Shown: in pieces, positions 51,308-59,607 of the stretch | How positions within the stretch are numbered: position 1 is the stretch's first letter | Layout of the letters: every line of letters starts with the position of its first letter | Assembly: GCA_018644725.1 (NCBI GenBank) | Contig: JABGPZ010000069.1 | Span: 148,238-212,237, forward strand | DNA length: 64,000 bases | DNA from: Phycisphaerales bacterium | GTDB taxonomy: Bacteria; Planctomycetota; Phycisphaerae; SM23-33 | Direction: 5' to 3' | Made by a program: the position numbers and the translations under genes | The notes under the pieces: generated by a model | Told to the model about the DNA's origin: nothing | What the model saw: the letters and a program-made list of their open reading frames with translations, nothing else | The model's database searches: none

Positions 51308-54300
51308 AACAGCCCTGATTCTTGTTTTGGCGGTACTCCTCGTGGCGGGGTCGGTGGTGGGCTATCTCTGGCACCGGCGCAACCAGGGGGAATATCTCCG
51401 TGGGCGCGCGCAGTTGAAAATGCGTACAGGCAGACGCGACGAAGCACAACTTCTGATCAAAAAATACATCGGGAAATATCCCGACCTCTGGCAGGGCTAT
51501 TACACCCAGGGCAACATTTTCGCGCGCTTTGGGGAATATGACAGTGCGCGCAAAAGTTTCGACATTTCGCTTTCCAAGGCTCCCAAGGACAAGCATCAAA
51601 TCATTCAGGTTTCCTTGGCGCGGACCTATTCCATGCCGGCGGTGCAGACGCTCAATTCCACGCGGTACAAGATGGAAATTGCCGCGATGGACCAAGGCAT
51701 TTCATTGCTGGAGCGTTCGAACGAAATTCTCGAAGGGGCCCTGGACCCGGCCACAGCAGACCGCGCCAAGGACCAGGAATTGCTTTCTCTTCTCGCGCAA
51801 AATTACAAACGCATCGGGGCCTACCACGCCATGCGCGCCGCGCGCTATCAGATGAAGCTGGTGGTCTCTAAGTCTGCCGAAGACCTCTTGCGGATTGCGA
51901 CCAATCGTGCCGCCAACAAGGCCAGTCAGGCCGCCTCCGTCACTGCCAATACCAAGGCGCTCGACCTGTTCATGCGTCTTCTGGCCATCGCCCCTGATTC
52001 CAGCAAACAGGCCATTGCGGCCGTTGAACTGGCCGTCCTTCAGCGTAGCGAAACCAAGCTCAATGCGCTCGCCAAACAGATCGAAGCGATTCCCGGCCTC
52101 CCCGAGGCCAAGTCGCAACTCTGGATGTATCAACTCTCGCGCATGTCGTCCAGGCTTTCTCGAAAAGAACGCGATGTGTTTTTCAAGCAGGTCGAATCCA
52201 AACTCCAGACTCTGCACAAGACCTATCCCGATTCGACGCAAGTTCTGGTCGCCCTTTCGCAGCTTGCGATTCAGGATCACCGCCATGACCGAGCCCAGGA
52301 AATTCTCACGGCCGCGATCGGGGCCGCCGAAGCCCGTCACGCCACGCCGGATCGCGAAATCATGCGGACCTATGCGTCGCTGTTGCGCGCTCAGGGAAAC
52401 TACAAACAAGCGTACAACGTTCTTTCGGATCTGCGCGACCGCTATCCTCGCTGGGCCGACGTCCAGTGCAGCTATGCCCTGGTGGCGGAGAAATGTGGCA
52501 AGGAGGGGATCGCGCGCAGTGCGATGCGACTGACGACCGAACTGATGCCCTATCATGCCCGCGCACGTCAATACATGGCCGAGATGCTTTCGCGCCAGGG
52601 CTTTCATGATCGCGCACTGGATGAGGCAAAATTGATGTATGAAGGGCATCCTTCTTCGCCCGATGCCGTGACGTTGGTTGTGACGATGGCGATTCGCGCA
52701 GAAAAAATTGCGGCGGCCGAAACGGTCCTCACCCAGGCGATGGCACTGCATGCGGATCGGCCAAACTTGATGCTGGCGGTGTCGCGTTGCTATCGTCAGA
52801 TCGGCCAGGAGGGCATGGCGCGCAAGGCTGCGGGCATGGTACGAACGAACACCGTGGCAGGGGACTATGCCGAAGAGATTCTCGCGATTCGTGCGTTGCT
52901 CGGCGAGAAACGCTTTCTGCAAGCAGACTCCAAAATTCAGGCACTGCTCCAAACGTACCCCGATGATGAACAACTCCAGTTGCTCCAGGCCACGCTTCTT
53001 GCACAACGAGGGCGGACGTTTTTGGCGATCCCGATCTATCAGGACCTCGTTACCCACGGTAGCGATCCACAGAAATATCGTCAGCTTCTGGCCGCAGCAG
53101 CGTTCGACATCGGCCAGTTTTCTCGGGCGCGAAGCGTTGCGGAACAAGTGATTCAGGACGATCCTACGAACATTCCCATGGCGATGTTGCTACAGCAGAT
53201 TTCTGTCATTGAGGGCAAGGCGTCCGGTCCCCAGCCGGTCCCGATCAAGCCCGTGCAAATGGTCGTGCGATTGCTCCAGGCCGGCAAGACCACCGAGGCG
53301 CTGGAGTTTTGCAGACGCAGTGCGCCCGACGCCAAAGACCCGACGGTCTGGGCCTTGTTTGCTGAGGCGCAAAAGGCAGTGGGCGACCTTCAGGGTGCGT
53401 CTCTATCCTATGCCAAGGCCATCACGCTCCGCCCGCAGCGGCTGAGCTATTATCAGGAATTCCTGCGTGTGCGGATGCTGTATCAGCCGCTCAAAAGTGC
53501 CGTGTTGGAGTTTGTGCGTGTCCCCAATGCGGATACCGCGCTGGTTCACATTGCCCACGCCCATGCTCTTACACAGCGCGGAGATCTGACGGGTGCCCTT
53601 CGCGAGTATCGCTTTGTGCAGGCCAACAAACGCGCCCGGGCCGACGCGAAACTTCTCGCGCGGTATTATAACGCGGATTTGCTGTTGCGTGCCAATCAAC
53701 CCCAAGCCGCCCTCGCGCTCCTTACGGATGTCAAAGATGCTGGTGCGCTCGCTCAGCGTATGGAGTTGCTTCGTGTTGCGGTGTTGCTCCGGCTCGAAAA
53801 ACTTCCCGAGGCCTACAAAGCCCTCGATGCGTTCGCGGTGCGGATGCTTCAGGAACGCGACGCTCATCAAGTTGTGCAGATCGTGGGGCTGTGGCTGAAA
53901 ATCAATCAGTTTGAAAAAGCGCTGACACTTGCCCGACAGCTCGGCGAGATCGTCCCCCGGGCCGTCGAACCGTTGATTCTCCAAGGCGAAGCCCTCGCGC
54001 GGATGGGAAAACCGCTCGAAGCGGAGGCTGCACTTGTGGCGGCCAGGCAACTCCAACCGTCCAACCAAGCCGTCCACATCGCACTCGCCCAAAGCCAAGC
54101 CCGCCGTCAGAAGTGGGACACGGCGCTTGCGACATTGAAAGCATTTGAGGCCACCGGAGAGACCGGCTCGCTTTTGGGGCAGCTCGAACGGGCGAATCTC
54201 TATTCTCGGTGGGGACTCGCGCGCGAGGCCACCGACGTGATCGAGACGCTCCTGACGACCAAGCAATCCCTGCCCCCGCAGGCCTACTATTTCTGTGCGC

Positions 54301-55808
54301 GGGCCTATCTCGCCCTCGGCGATCCTGCCCGTGCCCGCAAGGCGGTCGAGGCGATCAGCTCGGTCAGTCCGTACTATGTTCAAGGGTGGTTGCTGCTTGC
54401 TGCGGCAAATCAGGATCGCAACGCTCGTATCGCGATCTATCGTGAAATTCTCAAACATCGCCCCAGCGACGTCACAGCCGTTGGCGGTGAGATGATGGCG
54501 CTGATTTCCCTGAAGCAGTTCGCTCAGGCCTCGGAGCGGTTCGATGCATTCGTCCACACCTATCGCTCGGAAGGGCGCTGGCCGATGAATCTGGGGTCGT
54601 TGGCCTTGGCCGCCGCAATGGAAAATCGATTCCACAATGCCACCCCCAAGGCGATTGCGCTGGCAGAGACCATGAGCAAGGGCTATCCCCAAACTCACTG
54701 GCCGATGCGTCTGCTGCTGTTGCAGTATGTGGCCGGGAATGATGCGTGGATCGCGAGTCGTCTTGCCGTGCCGAAGGATGTCTACGAGGTCGTTCTGCGG
54801 ATGCTTTCGGAGTTGCGTGCCGGAAAGGGGAAAGTCCCTTCGACCCTGCGGCTAGGCTGGGAAGAACTTGCAGAAAAATTGCCCAAGGAATTTGGCCCCT
54901 ATCTCGTCGAACCGATGAGGGCACTGCTGAATCCCGCCGGCGCAAGCATTCCCCAGGGGGATGCTCGAGCGATGCTCGAATCCATATTGGCCGCTCGCTC
55001 GAAAATGCCCGGGATGGTCGAGATTCTCCGTGAGCGCTGGCTTGCGTCGCCGACGTCGCCGCAACTGGCAGAAATGCTCTGGAAACTCTCCCCGACGACC
55101 GAAACGCTCGCCGCGATCATCAAGTCCTATCCCGACCGGACCAGTGGGTTTTATCGCCGTCTTGCGGCCGAATCTGCCCTCCGTCGCGCCCACATCACCG
55201 GAGCCCCGCGGGACTATGCCAAGGCGATTACGCTCTTCGAAGCCCTCTCCAAAGAAGCGGGCGGCAAAGCGGTTTCGCTCGAGCTGATCTGCGCACGGAC
55301 CTATGAACAGGCGGGTCAGCTCGCCAAGGCAGAAACGCGCTATCGTGCCATCTACGCCCGCACGAAGGCAGCGGCGGTGGGGAACAATCTGGCCTTTCTG
55401 CTTGTGACCAAACCCAACCCGTCCTTCGCAGAATTGCGCGAGGCCGAGCTGCTCTCCAAGGCATCGTTCGCAGCGTCGCCCGGTGACCCGGCCGTGCAGG
55501 ATACGCGCGGATGGGTCTTGCTGAGTCAGGGCAAAACCTTCCCGGCGCTTGCGCTGTTGCGCCATGCGGCGCTCGGCCTTTCCCAAAGCGTTCAGATGCA
55601 ATGTCACCTTGGCGCGGCGTCCGAGGCGACGGGAAAACGCGATTGGGCCCGTCGGCACTATCAGGCCGCCATCGACCTCGGCCGAGAACTACAGACCAAA
55701 GTCGACAAGGCCCGCAAAGAGGGGACCCTCCTCGGTTGGGATGTTGACCCGGCCGACCTCGCCGCCATCCAAACCGCCCATGCCAAACTCAAGGCACTCG
55801 ACAAATGA
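51297..55808 (+). CDS. Large membrane-anchored TPR protein (exosortase-associated, PrsT-like)
   Basis: N-terminal transmembrane helix, TPR-like helical repeats, NNLAFLL...DTRGWVL...HLG C-terminal motif; start at MKSRTAL. Confidence 0.82.
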   Translation: MKSRTALILVLAVLLVAGSVVGYLWHRRNQGEYLRGRAQLKMRTGRRDEAQLLIKKYIGKYPDLWQGYYTQGNIFARFGEYDSARKSFDISLSKAPKDKHQIIQVSLARTYSMPAVQTLNSTRYKMEIAAMDQGISLLERSNEILEGALDPATADRAKDQELLSLLAQNYKRIGAYHAMRAARYQMKLVVSKSAEDLLRIATNRAANKASQAASVTANTKALDLFMRLLAIAPDSSKQAIAAVELAVLQRSETKLNALAKQIEAIPGLPEAKSQLWMYQLSRMSSRLSRKERDVFFKQVESKLQTLHKTYPDSTQVLVALSQLAIQDHRHDRAQEILTAAIGAAEARHATPDREIMRTYASLLRAQGNYKQAYNVLSDLRDRYPRWADVQCSYALVAEKCGKEGIARSAMRLTTELMPYHARARQYMAEMLSRQGFHDRALDEAKLMYEGHPSSPDAVTLVVTMAIRAEKIAAAETVLTQAMALHADRPNLMLAVSRCYRQIGQEGMARKAAGMVRTNTVAGDYAEEILAIRALLGEKRFLQADSKIQALLQTYPDDEQLQLLQATLLAQRGRTFLAIPIYQDLVTHGSDPQKYRQLLAAAAFDIGQFSRARSVAEQVIQDDPTNIPMAMLLQQISVIEGKASGPQPVPIKPVQMVVRLLQAGKTTEALEFCRRSAPDAKDPTVWALFAEAQKAVGDLQGASLSYAKAITLRPQRLSYYQEFLRVRMLYQPLKSAVLEFVRVPNADTALVHIAHAHALTQRGDLTGALREYRFVQANKRARADAKLLARYYNADLLLRANQPQAALALLTDVKDAGALAQRMELLRVAVLLRLEKLPEAYKALDAFAVRMLQERDAHQVVQIVGLWLKINQFEKALTLARQLGEIVPRAVEPLILQGEALARMGKPLEAEAALVAARQLQPSNQAVHIALAQSQARRQKWDTALATLKAFEATGETGSLLGQLERANLYSRWGLAREATDVIETLLTTKQSLPPQAYYFCARAYLALGDPARARKAVEAISSVSPYYVQGWLLLAAANQDRNARIAIYREILKHRPSDVTAVGGEMMALISLKQFAQASERFDAFVHTYRSEGRWPMNLGSLALAAAMENRFHNATPKAIALAETMSKGYPQTHWPMRLLLLQYVAGNDAWIASRLAVPKDVYEVVLRMLSELRAGKGKVPSTLRLGWEELAEKLPKEFGPYLVEPMRALLNPAGASIPQGDARAMLESILAARSKMPGMVEILRERWLASPTSPQLAEMLWKLSPTTETLAAIIKSYPDRTSGFYRRLAAESALRRAHITGAPRDYAKAITLFEALSKEAGGKAVSLELICARTYEQAGQLAKAETRYRAIYARTKAAAVGNNLAFLLVTKPNPSFAELREAELLSKASFAASPGDPAVQDTRGWVLLSQGKTFPALALLRHAALGLSQSVQMQCHLGAASEATGKRDWARRHYQAAIDLGRELQTKVDKARKEGTLLGWDVDPADLAAIQTAHAKLKALDK

Positions 55809-55899
55809 CCACCCACATGCTCACATTTGACGTGGAAGAATTTTCAAGGAGCCAACTCGCGTGACCACCCACATGCTCACATTTGACGTGGAGGAATTC
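55805..55899 (+). repeat. 56-bp-period duplication of the deacetylase 5' end, forming a 19-aa coupled mini-ORF (55805-55864)
   Basis: atgaccacccacatgctcacatttgacgtggaagaattt vs gtgaccacccacatgctcacatttgacgtggaggaattc. Confidence 0.9.
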
Positions 55900-56727
55900 T
55901 ATCAGGTCGAAGCGGCCCGTCGTGCCGGGGTTTCGCCCCAGATGTGGGCCGTGTACGATTCTCGACTCGATGTGGGTCTGGATTCGATTTGCGAATTGTT
56001 GGATGCAGCCGACGTGCGTGCGACGTTTTTTATTCTCGGCGAGGTCGCCCGTCGTCGCGGCGATTGGGTAAAGCGCCTGGCTGCGGCGGGGCACGAAATC
56101 GCCTCTCACGGCATGACGCACACGATGCTCACACAGCTTTCACCCGAGGCGGCTGCGGCCGAGTTGCGCGATTCCAAAGCGCTGCTCGAAGAGTTGTCCG
56201 GTGAGGCGGTTTTGGGATTCCGCGCGCCGACATTCTCGATCAATCACACCAACGCATGGGCCATCGACGCGCTCGCGGACGCGGGCTATGCGTATGACTC
56301 GTCGATCTTTCCTGTCCGCCACGACCGATACGGCGTGCCCGACGCGCCGCGCGGTGCGTTTCGCTGTGTGGGGCCCGAGGGTGGTGCGGTGCTGGAGATT
56401 CCGCCGCTGACCAGACGGGTTTGTGGCATGACGATGCCGATGGGCGGCGGGGGCTATTTTCGCCTCGTGCCGCTGTGGTGGTTTGCCTCGGCGATCAAGG
56501 CCGCCGCGCGCAGGAACGATCCCGCGATGCTCTATTTCCACCCGTGGGAATTTGATGCTGACCAGCCCGAGTTACCCGGCCTGAGCGGCCTGCGGCGTTG
56601 GCGTCATCGTGTGGGGCTCGCGAAGAACGCGAAGAAACTCCTCAAACTCCTTACGAAATTTTCATTCGGCCCGGTCCGCGATCAGCTCGATGGGTTGAAG
56701 CAGACTGACGTCGATTTTACGTTGTAA
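55861..56727 (+). CDS. Polysaccharide deacetylase, PEP-CTERM/exosortase-locus type
   Basis: TFDVEE, ATFFILG, HEIASHG..H, FRAPTFS, YDSS, GGGYFR, YFHPWE. Confidence 0.92.
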   Translation: MTTHMLTFDVEEFYQVEAARRAGVSPQMWAVYDSRLDVGLDSICELLDAADVRATFFILGEVARRRGDWVKRLAAAGHEIASHGMTHTMLTQLSPEAAAAELRDSKALLEELSGEAVLGFRAPTFSINHTNAWAIDALADAGYAYDSSIFPVRHDRYGVPDAPRGAFRCVGPEGGAVLEIPPLTRRVCGMTMPMGGGGYFRLVPLWWFASAIKAAARRNDPAMLYFHPWEFDADQPELPGLSGLRRWRHRVGLAKNAKKLLKLLTKFSFGPVRDQLDGLKQTDVDFTL

Positions 56728-56765
56728 CGCACCTGTTCCAAAGATTTCCGGCAGATGTGTTGCCG

Positions 56766-57905
56766 TTACAGATCTTCGCCTTGGACGATGGCTTCGGTGA
56801 AGCGGCCGACGATGCGGTCGTTGGCGAACAGAAGCGGCAGTAACATGCCGATGGACGTATTGGGCGGGCGGAGATAGTCCACGAGGGCTTCGCGCCAGGT
56901 GGAGTGGAATTCGGCGAGGGTGTCTTGGGGGGTGGCGGCGGTGATGGCTTCCATGGAGACCTGCGCGGCGATCAGGGCCGAGGCGATGGTCGGATAGATA
57001 GTTTGGCCAGTGACGCTGTCGGCGAATCCCCCGGCCGAGCCAACCAGCAGGGTCCGCTTGGCGTCGTGGGTTTCCTGTTCGAGCGCCATGCCCGCCGGCG
57101 GAGACCATGCAGCCGCCTTGGCGCGATCGAGCTTGAGGGTCTCGGGAAGGATTTTATGAAGTTGGAGGCGGTTGAGCAGCGCGCCGAGTTCGGTGGTGCG
57201 CAGGCCCGAGGCCATCGACGTGCTGATCACGCGGATGTGGAGCGTCGCCCCGAGCAGAAATGCCACGCCGAGTTCGCTGCGTTCGTCGAGTTCGAAAATG
57301 TGCAGGTCGCCTTTGAGCGATTTTTTGAGGAATTCTTTTTGCTTGGGGCTCAGGGGGACATCCAGCGCGACGGCGGACATTGTCTGCGGTGGGCAGCTGG
57401 CCTGTGAGGTGCGTCCGAGCGCGCCGAGAATTTCGTTGGGATGGCCTTGGGCGGCGAGGAGGAATCGTGCGCTGTAGGTCTTGCCGGCAGTGAGAAGGTG
57501 GACCCGGTCTTCGCCGAGTTCAAATTCGAGCTGCTCGGCCGAGTTGCGCTTGGTCACGCCCGCTTTGGTCGCGAGTTTGCTGAGCTGCTTGGTCAGTGCG
57601 CCTGCGGGCAGAAGATAGCCCAGAGGGCGCCTGGAGGAGTGGTCGGCGGTGTGGTCGAGTCGCGAGGAGTGGAACTGGACCGAGCGGAAGGGCGCGGCCT
57701 TGGTGGTCTTGATGAGTCCCTTGTCGATGCCGTCGAGGTCGAACAGCGCGGCCGGGCACCAATCGCACAACGGGCACTCCATGGCCGAAGGCGCGGGCGT
57801 ATTGAGCAGCAAAACGCTGTGGCGGGCCTTGGCGAGAGTGATCGCCGCCGCCAGCCCTGCGGGCGTTGCGCCCCAGATCGCCATGTCATATACTTTGCGT
57901 GCCAT
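56766..57905 (-). CDS. FAD-dependent oxidoreductase (geranylgeranyl reductase-like, degenerate motifs)
   Basis: YDMAIWGATPAG, LLAAQG, LLVGSAGGFADSVTGQTI. Confidence 0.7.
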   Translation of the reverse strand: MARKVYDMAIWGATPAGLAAAITLAKARHSVLLLNTPAPSAMECPLCDWCPAALFDLDGIDKGLIKTTKAAPFRSVQFHSSRLDHTADHSSRRPLGYLLPAGALTKQLSKLATKAGVTKRNSAEQLEFELGEDRVHLLTAGKTYSARFLLAAQGHPNEILGALGRTSQASCPPQTMSAVALDVPLSPKQKEFLKKSLKGDLHIFELDERSELGVAFLLGATLHIRVISTSMASGLRTTELGALLNRLQLHKILPETLKLDRAKAAAWSPPAGMALEQETHDAKRTLLVGSAGGFADSVTGQTIYPTIASALIAAQVSMEAITAATPQDTLAEFHSTWREALVDYLRPPNTSIGMLLPLLFANDRIVGRFTEAIVQGEDL

Positions 57906-57966
57906 GGCATCCACCGTACTCAACGGGGGTTACGATAGCAAGGAGAAAATGGTGAAACCGAGGGCG

Positions 57967-58605
57967 TTATTTTTCGCGGCGGATGGCGAGAGTGAAATCG
58001 TTGTGGAGGTAGTCGTCGCGGATGTCGATGGTGGCCTCGGGGAAGAGGTTCCGCGCGAGTTTGTGGACGATGTGGACGGAGTAGTTGAAGTAGGTCGGGT
58101 CGGAGCAGTAGCCCTTGTTGGCGAGGAAATTCACGACCAGCGTCTCGGAAGCGAGTTCGTACATCGCGCGGAGGCTGCGCGGGAGAAATTCCATGTTGTT
58201 GCCGAGATTGAGGTTCAGTGTCCCGCTGCAAAATACTACGTCGAAGGGCTGGTCACTCTTCCGGCCGAGCGCGACGAGGACTTCCTCGGACGGGCCGGAA
58301 AACACATCGACGCACGCGAAGGTGCGGCTGGGGTGCAACTCGGCGGCGCGCTGTAGCATTTCCTCAACGATGTCCGCGCCACAATAGTCGACGTGAATTT
58401 GTTTGCGTAGCAGGAACGTGCACAGATCGCCCAGACCGCAGCCGACGTCGAGCAGCGATTTGTCCTGAAGGTCGACGCTGTGGGTCAGCACGTCGAAGCG
58501 GGTCTCTTGCGTCTCGGCCGCCGCCCAGTCGAGAATGTCGTGGTTGGCGCGCCCGGGAACGATGCGCGGGCGATAGTGACGGCGGATTTTGTCGGCGGGA
58601 TTCAT
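57967..58605 (-). CDS. Class I SAM-dependent methyltransferase
   Basis: LLDVGCGLGD, GADI, FDVVFCSG; start set at MNPADK. Confidence 0.88.
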   Translation of the reverse strand: MNPADKIRRHYRPRIVPGRANHDILDWAAAETQETRFDVLTHSVDLQDKSLLDVGCGLGDLCTFLLRKQIHVDYCGADIVEEMLQRAAELHPSRTFACVDVFSGPSEEVLVALGRKSDQPFDVVFCSGTLNLNLGNNMEFLPRSLRAMYELASETLVVNFLANKGYCSDPTYFNYSVHIVHKLARNLFPEATIDIRDDYLHNDFTLAIRREK

Positions 58606-58706
58606 GCCCCCATTGTACCGCGAACCTTCGCACAAGTCGACCCCGTCGCGCTTTACATTCGCACGCGGGGGTTCTATAATCGCATTCACACTAGCAAGGA
58701 GAACTC

Positions 58707-59477
58707 ATGGCGTTTGGCACGATGCAATTTTATTCCAAGCAGCTTCAAACAATGTGCAGCATGAACGTGATCACCCCGCGCACCGGCGACGGGCCGTTCC
58801 CTGTGCTGTATCTGCTGCATGGCCTCAGCGACAATCACACCGCATGGAGTCGCTATACGACTCTGGAGATGCAGCTGGCGGAGATGCCGATGATCGTCGT
58901 CATGCCCGATGGCGGCCGCGGCTGGTATCTCGACGATCCGCGCCCGGGTGGCCTGGCGTGGGAGCAGTATATGATCGAGGACGTGGTCTGCTTTGTCGAT
59001 ACGACGTTCCGCACCATCCGCAGCCGCGAGGGCAGGGCAATCGCCGGACTGTCGATGGGCGGCCATGGCGCGCTGGGCTTGGCGATGAAGCACCCGGAGA
59101 TCTATTCCATGGCGTCGACTCATTCCGGCGCGGTCTTTTTCGGCCATCATCCCCGGCCGTCGAGCGAACTGCACGACATCAATGCCGTCAACGCCTTTGC
59201 CGACGCGATTAACGCGAGTGAAACCGGCGATCTGTGGTCGATTTCCGAGCGGTATCTTTCGCAGAAGGCGGCCGAGTTGCCGTTGTCGATCCGCATGGAT
59301 TGCGGCACGGAGGACGAGCTGATTGACGACAATCGTGAGTTCCACGCGCACCTCGACGCGGTCGGCCTCGCCCATGACTATGCCGAATACAGCGGCGGCC
59401 ATCGCTGGGACTATTGGAATAAACATGTCTACAAAACCCTGCGCTTCGTCCGCGATGGATTGACGAGCGGCGCGTAA
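58707..59477 (+). CDS. Alpha/beta hydrolase esterase family protein
   Basis: LYLLHG, GLSMGG nucleophile elbow, CGTED, GGHRWDYW; AAGGAG RBS. Confidence 0.9.
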   Translation: MAFGTMQFYSKQLQTMCSMNVITPRTGDGPFPVLYLLHGLSDNHTAWSRYTTLEMQLAEMPMIVVMPDGGRGWYLDDPRPGGLAWEQYMIEDVVCFVDTTFRTIRSREGRAIAGLSMGGHGALGLAMKHPEIYSMASTHSGAVFFGHHPRPSSELHDINAVNAFADAINASETGDLWSISERYLSQKAAELPLSIRMDCGTEDELIDDNREFHAHLDAVGLAHDYAEYSGGHRWDYWNKHVYKTLRFVRDGLTSGA

Positions 59478-59486
59478 TTGTATGAT

Positions 59487-59510
59487 GGGCGAACTATTTT
59501 TCGCACCCAC
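59487..59510 (-). repeat. REP-like copy related to 12849-12872
   Basis: Minus strand gtgggtgcgaaaaatagttcgccc vs gtaggggcgaaaaatctttcgccc. Confidence 0.6.
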
Positions 59511-59538
59511 GAAAAAGACACAAAAACAGTGTCCATAG

Positions 59539-59574
59539 AAAAACACCCACGGGGTTGAATCCGTGGGTGTTTTT
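59539..59574. terminator. Bidirectional terminator
   Basis: aaaaacacccacgg...ccgtgggtgttttt. Confidence 0.88.
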
Positions 59575-59607
59575 GAATTGTCTTTTGACTTCGGTCTGTC
59601 CGTCGAA

